Virus record (IMG/VR): IMGVR_UViG_2695420585_000012
Length of the DNA: 37,418 bases
Strand: one strand, 5' to 3'
From: a virus
Lineage: Duplodnaviria > Heunggongvirae > Uroviricota > Caudoviricetes
Made by a program: the position numbers and the translations under genes. Shown here piece by piece: positions 10,145 to 19,094 of this stretch (positions are counted from its first letter, which is position 1; every line of letters begins with the position of its first letter). The notes beneath the pieces were generated by a model that was not told the origin of the DNA, searched no databases, and was given only the letters and a program-made list of their open reading frames with translations.

Positions 10145-10720
10145 TCAGGGGGATTCATTACTCTTATTTGCCGGAAATTTTCTATAAATTGTGGAAACAC
10201 CCACATCAAAAATCAGTGCAATACGCTGTCTTGATTCTCCGGCCTCGAGTAAACGCCCAATCTGTGCCCACTGTTCGGTGGTCAACTTAGGACGGCGTCC
10301 ACCTATTCTGCCTTTGGCACGAGCTGCTGCAGCCAGCCCTGCCCTGGTACGTTCAACTATCAGTTCGCGTTCCATTTCAGCCAGGGCACCCATGACATGA
10401 AAAAAGAAACGGCCCATTGGGGTACTGGTATCAATACTGTCAGTCAGGCTTCTGAAATTCACACCACGCTGGCGCAACTCTTCTATCAGCGTAACAAGAT
10501 GCCGCATACTGCGCCCCAACCTGTCCAGCTTCCAGACAACCAGCGTGTCTCCTGCCGATAGTGTCCTGAGTAGTTTTTTCAGCCCCGGTCTGTCGGACTT
10601 AGTGCCACTGATTTTGTCCTCAAAAATCCGCTCACATCCCGCGCAGTTCAGTGCATTACGTTGCAAATCGGTGTTCTGGTCATTTGTTGACACGCGTACA
10701 TAGCCAATAAGCATGATCAT
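10145..10720 (-). CDS. Serine DNA invertase (Hin/Gin/Pin/Cin family)
   Basis: 191-aa ORF; N-terminal resolvase catalytic region (GYVRVSTNDQ) and C-terminal HTH; adjacent to an inverted-repeat-bounded fibre segment. Confidence 0.85.
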   Translation of the reverse strand: MIMLIGYVRVSTNDQNTDLQRNALNCAGCERIFEDKISGTKSDRPGLKKLLRTLSAGDTLVVWKLDRLGRSMRHLVTLIEELRQRGVNFRSLTDSIDTSTPMGRFFFHVMGALAEMERELIVERTRAGLAAAARAKGRIGGRRPKLTTEQWAQIGRLLEAGESRQRIALIFDVGVSTIYRKFPANKSNESP

Positions 10721-10781
10721 CCCCCTGAATAAAAACCGGAGATGATGCCAGTTAGCTGTTACCTCTGCATTTTCTTAAACG

Positions 10782-10803
10782 TTGGTTTGGGAGAAGCGGC
10801 AAA
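10782..10803. repeat. Left inverted repeat / gix-like crossover site of the invertible segment
   Basis: 22-bp perfect inverted repeat with 12288-12309; lies within a hix/gix-like sequence TTCTTAAACGTTGGTTTGGGAGAA. Confidence 0.7.
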
Positions 10804-11128
10804 AATGTCTGCCGCTGCACTTGTCATTAACGGTAATACGTTGACAGCAAAAATCCCGGTAGTTATTAACGGCGTTAACAGGGAGTTTATTATTCAGGCA
10901 TCTCAGATATCCAGCTCAGCAAGCAATGGTGTTATTACCTTCCCATCCGCATTTCCAAATGCGTGTATTGCGATTTTTGCGCATGACTTTGCGACAGCGT
11001 CTACGGATTTATCGAATGTTCGGTTCTATATGCCAGGAAGAACATCAGCATCATGGACAGGGCAAAATATGAGTACAGGTAGTGAATCATCACCTGCAGC
11101 ATGGTGTTGGCTGGCAATTGGCTGGTAA
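10804..11128 (+). CDS. Promoterless alternative tail-fibre C-terminal module (Sv'-like), currently in the silent orientation
   Basis: Plus-strand ORF reading through the left repeat in the same codon phase (GLGEAAK) as H reads through the right repeat; inversion would fuse it to the constant part of H. Confidence 0.6.
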
Positions 11129-11548
11129 ATGGAGAAAACAATGAAGTATTTTACATCTGCTCCGGTTGCTCTTTATAACTCCGATATATCCTCTTATATA
11201 CCCGGTGACGCAGTAGAAATCAGTGATGAAGTATATAACGCACTTATTGCTGGTCAGGAGGCAGGAAAGAATATTACGGCAGACAGTAACGGACTGCCTG
11301 TACTGGCAGAACCCGCACAACCAACTCATGATGAATTGGTTGCAGCATCTGAATTAATGAAACAGCATCTGATTGATGCTGCTATGGCTTCCATCAGTCT
11401 GATTCAACTGAAATTGCAGGCCGGACGTAAATTGACGCAGGCAGAAACAACCCGGCTTAACGCTGTGCTGGATTACATTGACGCAGTGACGGCAACAGAT
11501 ACCAGCACCGCGCCGGATGTCATCTGGCCTGAACTGCCGGAGGCGTAG
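11129..11548 (+). CDS. Tail fibre assembly chaperone for the alternative fibre (Tfa')
   Basis: 139-aa ORF inside the invertible segment; convergent with and overlapping the 3' end of the G-like gene; same domain layout as the G-like protein. Confidence 0.75.
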   Translation: MEKTMKYFTSAPVALYNSDISSYIPGDAVEISDEVYNALIAGQEAGKNITADSNGLPVLAEPAQPTHDELVAASELMKQHLIDAAMASISLIQLKLQAGRKLTQAETTRLNAVLDYIDAVTATDTSTAPDVIWPELPEA

Positions 11549-11939
11549 GCCATTCAATATCTGGCGCACCGGAAGTATCGACCAGTTCCAGTGCGTCCAG
11601 GTAATCCAGCCACAAATTATATTGTGCCAGTTCCTCACCTTTCAGCCGGCCAATAGCCGCTTTACCAGGCCATTGTTTACTGTTCATATAATCGTTGGCC
11701 TGTTCAATAAGTATATTTTTCATTCCCTCCGCTTCAGCTATTTCCTGTTCATGTGTCTTCGCTGGATATTCAGTAAGTACAGGGTAGTTATCCGGGCTAT
11801 TGATAATAATTTTCCCCGTACTCTGACCATTCATAAGTTCATAATAAAGAGCATCTTCAATATCGAAAGCATCATCGGGAATATCGCTGTTGTTTTCAGA
11901 GAAAAATCCCTGAACAGATGGGGACCATTTCATTTTCAT
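11520..11939 (-). CDS. G: Tail fibre assembly chaperone gpG
   Basis: 139-aa ORF directly downstream of H with overlapping stop/start. Confidence 0.8.
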   Translation of the reverse strand: MKMKWSPSVQGFFSENNSDIPDDAFDIEDALYYELMNGQSTGKIIINSPDNYPVLTEYPAKTHEQEIAEAEGMKNILIEQANDYMNSKQWPGKAAIGRLKGEELAQYNLWLDYLDALELVDTSGAPDIEWPTPPAVQAR

Positions 11940-13357
11940 AATTTCCCAATTCCTAAAATATGGACATCATCAGCCTTACGGGCATTCCAGGTGACAGTTA
12001 CATCGGTAGAGTTATGATTAACTGAGATTGCGTATGCTTCGTTAGTCGCGCCAGAAACTTTTGTGGCAAACACAGCAAACAGGACACCAAATGACTGGGG
12101 CCATTTATAGCCTGACAGCTGATAATTACCATTATCCAGTGTTACAGCTTTGACTGCTGCACTTGATGGAATCTTCAGCCACTGGAGTATCAACCCTCCT
12201 GGCAAAAGTTGTTTTCCATAAAAATCCCTCACACCACTAAATGAAACCATATCCGGTATCTGATTTTCCCCTGTTCCCACCCCCCGTTTTGCCGCTTCTC
12301 CCAAACCAAGGTATGCGAGAAGACCAGCTACATCCTTTCCACTCAAATTGGTAAGCGTATTGTCCAGCGGTTGTTTACCTGCCAGCGCATTAAGCATTGT
12401 CGTGGCAAAGTTCGGATCATTCCCCAGTGCCGCCGCCAGTTCGTTCAGTGTATCCAGTGCAGCAGGTGCAGAACCCACCATTCCTGCAATCGCCGATTTC
12501 ACAAAAGCCGTAGTGGCAATCTGTGTATTGTTGACCGACTGCGCCGCCGTGGGGGCTGTTGGCGTTCCGGTGAGTGCCGGACTCGACAACGGTGCTTTTA
12601 GTGCCAGCGCATTGTTAATGGTGGTACTGAAATTCGGATCATTGTTAATGGCTGCGGCTATTTCTTTCAGCGTGTCCAGCGTGGCTGGCGCACCATTAAT
12701 AAGGGCCGTCAGTGCCGCCTGTACAAACGCAGTGGTCGCAACCTGCGTGGTATTATTCCCCGCCGCTGGCGTTGGCGCTTTGGGGGTTCCGGTAAATGTC
12801 GGGCTGGCTTTTGGCGCGTACTGTGAATGCGGGTCCGGTGCGGCAAGATGTTTTGCCATCTGATCATCCGCGTACACCTTCAGCTCCAGTGCCTTGTCAT
12901 CCACATACTTGCGGGTTGCCAGCACTACAGCAGGGTCGATTTTCAGGGTGATATTGTCCGTGCTGCTGGTAATCAGCACCATGCGCACGGTCTGAGTGCG
13001 CCCGCTACCTTCAGCCAGTTGCGGCTTATAGCTTTCCGGGCAGTTGCCCACGGCAATCAATGCCCCGGACTCATCAAACAAGCCCACTTCACGTATCCAC
13101 CAACCGCCCTCGTTTTCAGGGATCACCTGTTCGGCAATAATCTGGCTGCTGTTCTGCGGGTCGATATAAAGCATATTCAGCGCAGCCCGGCGTTTCTCAT
13201 TTACCAGTGCCGTCTGCTTTGCGTCCGGCGTTGGCAATACTCCACCGCCATCGCCCACCGCCATATGGGTAATTTTTAGCGGCACACCGAGCGCGGCGGC
13301 GCTGGCAAGTTTCGCCGCGCCAATATCCGTCAGCAGGGTATAAAATTTTGTGCTCAT
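11936..13357 (-). CDS. H: Tail fibre protein gpH (current 'on' orientation)
   Basis: 473-aa ORF with P2 gpH-like N-terminus (MSTKFYTLLTDIGAAKL); C-terminal 116 aa encoded inside the invertible segment. Confidence 0.85.
   Translation of the reverse strand: MSTKFYTLLTDIGAAKLASAAALGVPLKITHMAVGDGGGVLPTPDAKQTALVNEKRRAALNMLYIDPQNSSQIIAEQVIPENEGGWWIREVGLFDESGALIAVGNCPESYKPQLAEGSGRTQTVRMVLITSSTDNITLKIDPAVVLATRKYVDDKALELKVYADDQMAKHLAAPDPHSQYAPKASPTFTGTPKAPTPAAGNNTTQVATTAFVQAALTALINGAPATLDTLKEIAAAINNDPNFSTTINNALALKAPLSSPALTGTPTAPTAAQSVNNTQIATTAFVKSAIAGMVGSAPAALDTLNELAAALGNDPNFATTMLNALAGKQPLDNTLTNLSGKDVAGLLAYLGLGEAAKRGVGTGENQIPDMVSFSGVRDFYGKQLLPGGLILQWLKIPSSAAVKAVTLDNGNYQLSGYKWPQSFGVLFAVFATKVSGATNEAYAISVNHNSTDVTVTWNARKADDVHILGIGKL
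12288..12309. repeat. Right inverted repeat / crossover site of the invertible segment (inside H)
   Basis: Reverse complement of 10782-10803; encodes GLGEAAK of H. Confidence 0.7.
12368..12808 (-). repeat. Tandem duplication (2 x ~73 codons) within the tail-fibre shaft
   Basis: H residues ~184-256 and ~257-330 repeat (…TGTPxAPTxA…NxTQxATTAFV…APAxLDTL…NDPNFxTT…NALAxK…). Confidence 0.6.
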
Positions 13358-13959
13358 GGATTCACTCTCATTGTGTCAATAACATGGACCGCCCCGCCTT
13401 CATGCGCGGTGCCACCGGAAATAATCGTTTCGTTGATATACGGATAGATCGTGATTTCTTCGCCAAGATAGCTGGCGGCTCCCACCCAATGCGGGCCGCT
13501 GATCTGCAGATTGATGGACATGCCGATCATGTGACGGCTACATGGTTTGGCATCGCTTATCAGTCGCTCAAGTTCCAGATAGGTATCTTCAGTGATGCCC
13601 TGGTCCTGCACGCCGATATCCAGGCGAAACGTGCCCGGTGCCTCTCCGGTCTGCCACCACTCAATAATGCGGATCAGAAAGCCGAACGGCTCCACCACCC
13701 GCCGCACGGCACTGGTGGTCCCTTTATGCTGATGAATATAAAAAGCATCCTTCACCACCTGGCGCTTGACGCTTTCTGTCCAGCCCTCGTCCCAGCGATC
13801 CACAGAGAACGCCCAGGCGAGATAAGGCAGGAAACTGACCGGACAGGTTGCCGGATTCCACAAGTCACGAAGCGGCACCTGCAGATCAGAAATCCCGCTG
13901 CAGGTTTGCGCCAGTCGGCGCTCCAGTGGTGTTGAACCCGGTGGCAGCAGACTATTCAT
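13354..13959 (-). CDS. I: Baseplate assembly protein gpI
   Basis: 201-aa ORF, P2 gpI-like, between J and H. Confidence 0.8.
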   Translation of the reverse strand: MNSLLPPGSTPLERRLAQTCSGISDLQVPLRDLWNPATCPVSFLPYLAWAFSVDRWDEGWTESVKRQVVKDAFYIHQHKGTTSAVRRVVEPFGFLIRIIEWWQTGEAPGTFRLDIGVQDQGITEDTYLELERLISDAKPCSRHMIGMSINLQISGPHWVGAASYLGEEITIYPYINETIISGGTAHEGGAVHVIDTMRVNP

Positions 13960-14861
13960 CCGTTCCTCCGTTGGTTACGCTCCACTGCGTACATGATGCC
14001 GCCTGTGTTTTGTTCAGGACCACATCCGCCAGAGGAGAAGCCAGCTCCACACGCTGCACACCCTCAACATGCAGGGCGGCAAAGATGGCGCTACGGCGAA
14101 TATCCCGACCAAGACGCGTCTGACTGGCGATGTACTTCTGCAGGCTGGCTTTTGCCGCTGCCATTACCGGCTCTGCTTCCGGTCCCGGATAGAGAAAAAT
14201 GGTGGCTTCCACGCGATACGGGATGATTTCTGCGCTGCGAACCGTAAGACGGTCAGCCACCGGGCGGACGTTCTCACTGTTCAGAGCTTTTTCCACCACG
14301 TCCAGCAGGTCTTTTTCTGCAGTTCCATCGCCTTCGCGGCTAAGGACAGTCAGCACCACCTCTGCAGGTGCCGGGCTGGTTGCACTGGCATCCGCCACCC
14401 GACCGTCGGCGCTTCGGGCATGAAATTCATAAGCTGCAGTTGGCCCCGCAACAGAAAGCCCTTCAAAGGCTGCAGGCACACGCAGGCGCAACGCTTCATC
14501 GCTTTCCATCACAGCTGCAACGGGCGGCACAGCATCATTATCAGCAGGCGTCACCGTCAGACGTGTCACGTTGTAGTTGGCAGCGAGCTGGTCAAGATCG
14601 CCGCCCATCGCGTAAGCCACCATCACCGCCTGCGCGGCTTCGTTAATGCGCTGGCGCAGAAGCAACTCACGGTAAGCGTTCTCCTGCAACAATTTAGTGG
14701 CGGGTTCAGATTCCAGTTCCAGCGTGCGGATCACTGCTTCCTGCTCATCTTTCGGATGAAGCGCCACAAATTCTGCCTTGCGTTCGGCAAGCAGCGTCTC
14801 AAAGTCCGGCACATCCACAATCTGCGGTGCAGGCAACTGCGAAAGGTCAATCACTGCCATT
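13952..14861 (-). CDS. J: Baseplate assembly protein gpJ
   Basis: P2 gpJ-like; start placed at internal MAVIDLSQLP by analogy to P2 J, so the track ORF (to 14899) is probably over-extended. Confidence 0.8.
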
Positions 14862-15206
14862 CTCTGCTCCTGTTGATACGGAAAGGGACACAGGCACACC
14901 GTTATTCCGCCGCCCGGTCAGCTCCACCACCATAGAACCGTCAAAATTGCTGTTGATGGTGATGGAATCCAGCGTCATCCGTGGCTCCCAGCGACTCAGC
15001 GCCACATACACTGCCGACATGACCTGCAGGCGTAATGCCGGATTTTGTGGCTGGTCTATTAGCGACGACAGCAGGGAACCATATTCACGACGAGCAATGC
15101 GGCTACCCTGCGGCGTCAGCAGAATGTCCCGCACCGACTGGCGCAGATGGTCAATATCAGTAATGACTTTGCCGCTGGTATTGTTCATCCCGCTATAAAG
15201 CGTCAT
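14847..15206 (-). CDS. W: Baseplate protein gpW
   Basis: 119-aa ORF, P2 gpW-like size and position. Confidence 0.8.
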   Translation of the reverse strand: MTLYSGMNNTSGKVITDIDHLRQSVRDILLTPQGSRIARREYGSLLSSLIDQPQNPALRLQVMSAVYVALSRWEPRMTLDSITINSNFDGSMVVELTGRRNNGVPVSLSVSTGAENGSD

Positions 15207-15781
15207 ACCGGGCCTCCGGTTGTATCGCCGCCTTTCAGGACGCCAGTATGCTGATGCGCATCAACCACGATCCCGTTAGAACTCATCGCTCCGCCGCCCT
15301 GGGTAACGCCACCATTGATCACCACTTCGCTGTTAATGCGCGTGCGGTCAGCCTCCAGTACAAACTCACTGGTTTTCATGGTGATGTTGTCAGCGGCCTC
15401 AATGACCATTGATTTGATGCCCCTGACATACCAGCGTCCGGTGGCGGGTTCGTATTCAAACCAGCCACCGTCAGGATGTTCTGTCACGCAGGCGTCCGCC
15501 GACGTCGACGGTGGCGCGAACTGATTCGAATAGATGGCGGGTAACGCAAAGGCGGTTTCCAGATTGCCGCCCAGACTCAGCAGCACCACCTGCTCACCTT
15601 CCGATGGTCGCCACCATGTGCGGGCATTCCCGGCACGCAGCGTCAGCCAGCTGATCCAGTTGGTTTCAAGCTCGCCCGTTTTCACCCGGCAAAGCCAGTT
15701 TTCCCTGTCCACTTCGGTGACTACCCCAGTGCGGATCAGGTTGGTGATAAGGCGCATGATTTCGGTTAATTGTGCGTTCAT
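15203..15781 (-). CDS. V: Baseplate spike protein gpV
   Basis: 192-aa ORF, P2 gpV-like; first gene of the fibre/baseplate operon. Confidence 0.8.
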   Translation of the reverse strand: MNAQLTEIMRLITNLIRTGVVTEVDRENWLCRVKTGELETNWISWLTLRAGNARTWWRPSEGEQVVLLSLGGNLETAFALPAIYSNQFAPPSTSADACVTEHPDGGWFEYEPATGRWYVRGIKSMVIEAADNITMKTSEFVLEADRTRINSEVVINGGVTQGGGAMSSNGIVVDAHQHTGVLKGGDTTGGPV

Positions 15782-15826
15782 AGGGAAAGGTTGCCATCAG
15801 GGGAAGAAAGGCGGCAGTGCTGCAAC

Positions 15827-15846
15827 TTGTATCAGTGCTGATACAA
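15827..15846 (-). promoter_or_regulatory. Candidate Ogr-binding dyad of the late promoter for the V-W-J-I-H-G operon
   Basis: Perfect palindrome TTGTATCAG-TG-CTGATACAA (TGT-N12-ACA core) in the S-V intergenic gap. Confidence 0.5.
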
Positions 15847-15849
15847 AGA

Positions 15850-16296
15850 TCACCCCGCCAGCCATTGCAGAATCATGTCGCTGGTCATTGCCTCAACATC
15901 ATCATTTACACCCAGCAGGCGGCGCTCTGCGTAACGGACCTCCGGTCCTTTGCGACTGACGCGATCACGCAGGCCGTAATGGTGAACACGGGCAATACGC
16001 TGCACCTTGCCTTCAAACTGTACGCTGGCAGAGTCGGCGCTGGCGGCAGTTTTCAGGTATTTTGTGGTGCGCAGCTTTGCAAACATCTGACGTTTGATGC
16101 GGCCTTTTTTGCTGCGTGCTGTTACCCTGCGCGGTTCATAACTGCTGCCATCTGGATTGCGCTGCATCCTGATATTCTGCTGCTGTGTCCGGCGCAGTTC
16201 CTGCGCCAGCTGGCGCATCATGCGGCTTCTCGTGGCTGGTTCCAGATTCGCCAGCAAGGCACTCAGCCAGTCGTCCACCTTCTGCAGTTCAGCCAC
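15850..16296 (-). CDS. S: Tail completion protein gpS
   Basis: 148-aa ORF, P2 gpS-like. Confidence 0.8.
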   Translation of the reverse strand: MAELQKVDDWLSALLANLEPATRSRMMRQLAQELRRTQQQNIRMQRNPDGSSYEPRRVTARSKKGRIKRQMFAKLRTTKYLKTAASADSASVQFEGKVQRIARVHHYGLRDRVSRKGPEVRYAERRLLGVNDDVEAMTSDMILQWLAG

Positions 16297-16741
16297 GTTT
16301 CACCGTCCACATTTCTTCAGGTTCATCGGGTTCTGCTACAGCTTCAACGCTCGACACACTGCCGTCAGTACTGACCAGCACACGTTCCGTCAGTTGCAGG
16401 TTAAGGCTGATATCACAGACATCGTTGCGCAAAATATCCACCTCAAAGGTGAATAGCTTTTCCCGTAACGCCGGGTTATTGATGGCATCGGGCTGGTTAT
16501 CCCGAAGCCACAGTAAAACCGGGGCCATCAGCAGATTCTGGTCGCCGCTGAAATCCTCTATCACCACGTTCAGGGTATAGCGGTACTCCCATGACATGGA
16601 GCTGGCCCCCGTGGCAACCAGCGAACCGTTATCCACAAACAGATGCAGTTTGTCCGGGTTATTGCGGACATAAGGCACCGCTTTATTGAGGGCGTGGCGC
16701 AGGGATTGTGGTTTGTTCACTGTTTCGCTCCTGACACGCAA
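16289..16741 (-). CDS. R: Tail completion protein gpR
   Basis: 150-aa ORF, P2 gpR-like. Confidence 0.8.
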   Translation of the reverse strand: MRVRSETVNKPQSLRHALNKAVPYVRNNPDKLHLFVDNGSLVATGASSMSWEYRYTLNVVIEDFSGDQNLLMAPVLLWLRDNQPDAINNPALREKLFTFEVDILRNDVCDISLNLQLTERVLVSTDGSVSSVEAVAEPDEPEEMWTVKRG

Positions 16742-16973
16742 TAATCATGTCCACTTTGTCTGCACAGACCGCCCAGGCGGCCTCCGTTTCATCCAGCAAC
16801 GCGTTCAGGTCACCGTTAGTGCGCGGCGCTGCCTGCCCCAGCCGACACGGCGTCATTCGCGGACAACCACTGACGGTAAGCTGCACCTCCGGTGAGTGTG
16901 GGGCGTTCCCGCAGCCGGATAATGTCAGCAGGCAAAGGAGTATCAGCCCAGCGGCGTAAATCCTCGTTCTCAC
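16683..16973 (-). CDS. lysC: Outer-membrane spanin lipoprotein LysC (Rz1-like), nested in an alternate frame
   Basis: ORF overlapping the 3' part of lysB and 5' part of R in another frame; lipobox-like LLTLSGC; Pro-rich. Confidence 0.6.
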   Translation of the reverse strand: MRTRIYAAGLILLCLLTLSGCGNAPHSPEVQLTVSGCPRMTPCRLGQAAPRTNGDLNALLDETEAAWAVCADKVDMIIACQERNSEQTTIPAPRPQ

Positions 16974-17244
16974 GTTTCAGTTCCTCAATCCGGTGTTGTC
17001 GTTGTCTCAGCAGTACACTGGTCTGTTCTGCTTCGGCATAGAGCCGCGCCTGCTCCCGGTTATTGGTTTCAGTCAGAATGGACAGGCTGATAAGCTGGCT
17101 GTTGCTCTTTGCCAGTGACTGGCTTTTGCTCCGAAGCTCGTCTGCCTGCGTGCTGATGGTCTGGCTGGCATCAGCCAGCCGCCACGTCTGCCAGCCCAGC
17201 GCCGCCAGTAATAACGCCAGCACAACCAGCAGCAAACGGTTCAT
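16816..17244 (-). CDS. lysB: Inner-membrane spanin LysB (Rz-like)
   Basis: 142-aa ORF with N-terminal TM segment then coiled-coil region; P2 lysB position. Confidence 0.75.
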   Translation of the reverse strand: MNRLLLVVLALLLAALGWQTWRLADASQTISTQADELRSKSQSLAKSNSQLISLSILTETNNREQARLYAEAEQTSVLLRQRQHRIEELKRENEDLRRWADTPLPADIIRLRERPTLTGGAAYRQWLSANDAVSAGAGSAAH

Positions 17245-17690
17245 GCTGCTACCTGTTGCGCAATCTGATTACGGATCATCCAGAAGGCAATAACGGTCAG
17301 CAGATAAAAGACCAGGGTAATAGCCCACCCCGTCCAGGCGAAACTTACGACAATCAGCAATCGCATCACCCAGCTGATAAATACGTTTTCTTTTCGGGTA
17401 ATGGTCTTTAGCAAAGATGCCCTCAACTCCTGCCAGAGCGGGCCGTTCTTAATTAACGCAGCCAGTGCTACCGGAATTACCGCCCATGTCAGCAGACAGG
17501 CTACCCAGACACCGGACGCTGCCAGTACCGGAAAAATCCCCTGTGGATACACCATTGCTGCGATCAACAGCGCCATCCATAACATCAGAAACAGCCCGCT
17601 GATTACTTTCTTTTTCATTTCAGTTTGCTCCCTGTAAGCACCAGGCCATCTCCCGCGCACGGCGGTTATCCAGCCCCTGATTAAAAACAC
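17241..17690 (-). CDS. lysA: LysA lysis-timing membrane protein
   Basis: Multi-TM ORF following the endolysin; track start is GTG, true start may be the internal MKKKVISGL Met. Confidence 0.65.
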   Translation of the reverse strand: MFLIRGWITAVRGRWPGAYREQTEMKKKVISGLFLMLWMALLIAAMVYPQGIFPVLAASGVWVACLLTWAVIPVALAALIKNGPLWQELRASLLKTITRKENVFISWVMRLLIVVSFAWTGWAITLVFYLLTVIAFWMIRNQIAQQVAA

Positions 17691-18132
17691 CTTTCACATA
17701 AACCCAGCGCGGCAACTGTCGGCACGCATCCGCCCAGCGCCGCTGATTGAGTAATTTCACCAGTGTGGAACTGCAGGCATTGCCCATTCCCACGTTGAAG
17801 GCAAACGACACCGCAGCGTCATACACCTTCTGCGGCGGCTGTTGCTTCACACACCTTTCCAGCGCCCGCTCCACACGCAGCACGTTGGAGATCAGCCCTT
17901 CTGCTGCCTGTCGCTCCGTAATGGTTTTGCCGGGAATGACGCCCGACGTATTACCAATGCCGTCGGTCCAGACACCCGCGCTGCACTGATACGGCTGCAG
18001 ACGACAGCCTTCGTAATCAGCAATCAGTTTCAGCCCCTCCACGGAGGTGTGAAGCTGCTGAAAACCCGGCAGCGTGGCAGCAATAGCCAGCACGGCCCCG
18101 ACAAGGCAGCGTTTAACGATTGATGGATTCAT
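17620..18132 (-). CDS. K: Endolysin gpK (phage lysozyme)
   Basis: 170-aa ORF, P2 K-like sequence between holin and lysA. Confidence 0.85.
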   Translation of the reverse strand: MNPSIVKRCLVGAVLAIAATLPGFQQLHTSVEGLKLIADYEGCRLQPYQCSAGVWTDGIGNTSGVIPGKTITERQAAEGLISNVLRVERALERCVKQQPPQKVYDAAVSFAFNVGMGNACSSTLVKLLNQRRWADACRQLPRWVYVKGVFNQGLDNRRAREMAWCLQGAN

Positions 18133-18328
18133 AGTCCTCCCGCGAAATCTGCCCGTCGCGCAGAAGCTGGTAGGCTTTGTGTTTGTAGTACCAGTTGATA
18201 GCCAGCATCAGTACACCAATCATCAGGCCGCCCAGCGTTGAGGCATCCTTGATGGACAAATCGCCCAGCCAGGCCAGCACGACGGCGATGCAATACGTGA
18301 TAAAGGCGCTGATTCGCTCAAGCGTCAT
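18113..18328 (-). CDS. Y: Holin gpY
   Basis: 71-aa ORF with two hydrophobic segments and charged C-terminus, immediately upstream of the endolysin. Confidence 0.6.
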   Translation of the reverse strand: MTLERISAFITYCIAVVLAWLGDLSIKDASTLGGLMIGVLMLAINWYYKHKAYQLLRDGQISREDYESINR

Positions 18329-18331
18329 AAT

Positions 18332-18535
18332 TCAGTCCCATAGCTGGACGGTCTGCACGGTGGTGGTGGTCGGAATGTCCGGCAGCTCCACCTGCAGCCC
18401 GTGAGGTAAAAAGGGGCCGTATTCGGCAAGCCCCGGATTTGCCTTCAGTACCTGCTCCGTGACCCCCTGCGTGCGCCCGTAATGACGCCAGCAAAGCGCG
18501 TCCACCGTGTCATACTGATGCGCACGCACTTTCAT
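18332..18535 (-). CDS. X: Tail protein gpX
   Basis: 67-aa ORF, P2 gpX-like size and position. Confidence 0.75.
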   Translation of the reverse strand: MKVRAHQYDTVDALCWRHYGRTQGVTEQVLKANPGLAEYGPFLPHGLQVELPDIPTTTTVQTVQLWD

Positions 18536-18999
18536 CAGATAAGCTCCACTGTGCAGTGCGGCGCATCCTGCACCCGGCTGATGGCCCAGCGGGCGTCACG
18601 CCACAAATCACCGCTGGCTTCCGCCAGTTCTTCGCCTCGCTTCACACCGGATGCCGTGGCGTCATAGTCCTGGTATCGTTCGTTGAGCATGGCGCGTGCC
18701 CAGCAGTAAACCGCGTTGAAATAGTGCTGAATGCGCTCACTTTTCCCGTCCAGCTGTTCCGCCGGAACCTCTGCCAGCGAGGCATACCCCAGCATCTGCT
18801 GGCGTCTGCGAAACTCATACAGCTCTGCGTTGACCTCCGAAATTGCCGACAGGGCAACCTGCTTTAAACGCGGCTGCGTCACCGTGCCGTCAGTGCGCAT
18901 GACACTGCGAAACTCCGACAGGTCCACATCAGGCCAGAACGGCGTATTTCTGATGATTTCCGCCTGTTCCGGTGCCTGTTCTGGCGCAACAAACTTCAT
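18535..18999 (-). CDS. L: Head completion protein gpL
   Basis: P2 gpL-like; start placed at ATG (MKFVAPE) preceded by AGGAG; track ORF to 19062 begins with GTG and contains that Shine-Dalgarno. Confidence 0.75.
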   Translation of the reverse strand: MKFVAPEQAPEQAEIIRNTPFWPDVDLSEFRSVMRTDGTVTQPRLKQVALSAISEVNAELYEFRRRQQMLGYASLAEVPAEQLDGKSERIQHYFNAVYCWARAMLNERYQDYDATASGVKRGEELAEASGDLWRDARWAISRVQDAPHCTVELI

Positions 19000-19094
19000 G
19001 CTGCTTTCTCCTGAAATAGAGGGCGGTGGACGGGGTTTTGATGAGGCTGTGCCTTTCGCCACCCCGTGCCGCCCGTGCGCGGGGGCACGTTCTG

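Noticed and set aside
10742-10781. N-terminal 13 codons (MMPVSCYLCIFLN) of the plus-strand fibre-module ORF
   Set aside because: These codons lie outside the invertible segment between the invertase gene and the crossover repeat with no promoter or ribosome-binding site; the module is expressed only as a fusion to H after inversion.
14069-14935. 288-aa plus-strand ORF overlapping gpJ and gpW
   Set aside because: Antisense to conserved baseplate genes; Cys/His/Arg-rich composition typical of a reverse-frame artefact.
15821-15850. Palindrome after the S stop considered as a rho-independent terminator
   Set aside because: AT-rich 9-bp stem with a 2-nt loop and no following T-run on the transcribed strand; matches the activator-binding dyad pattern instead.
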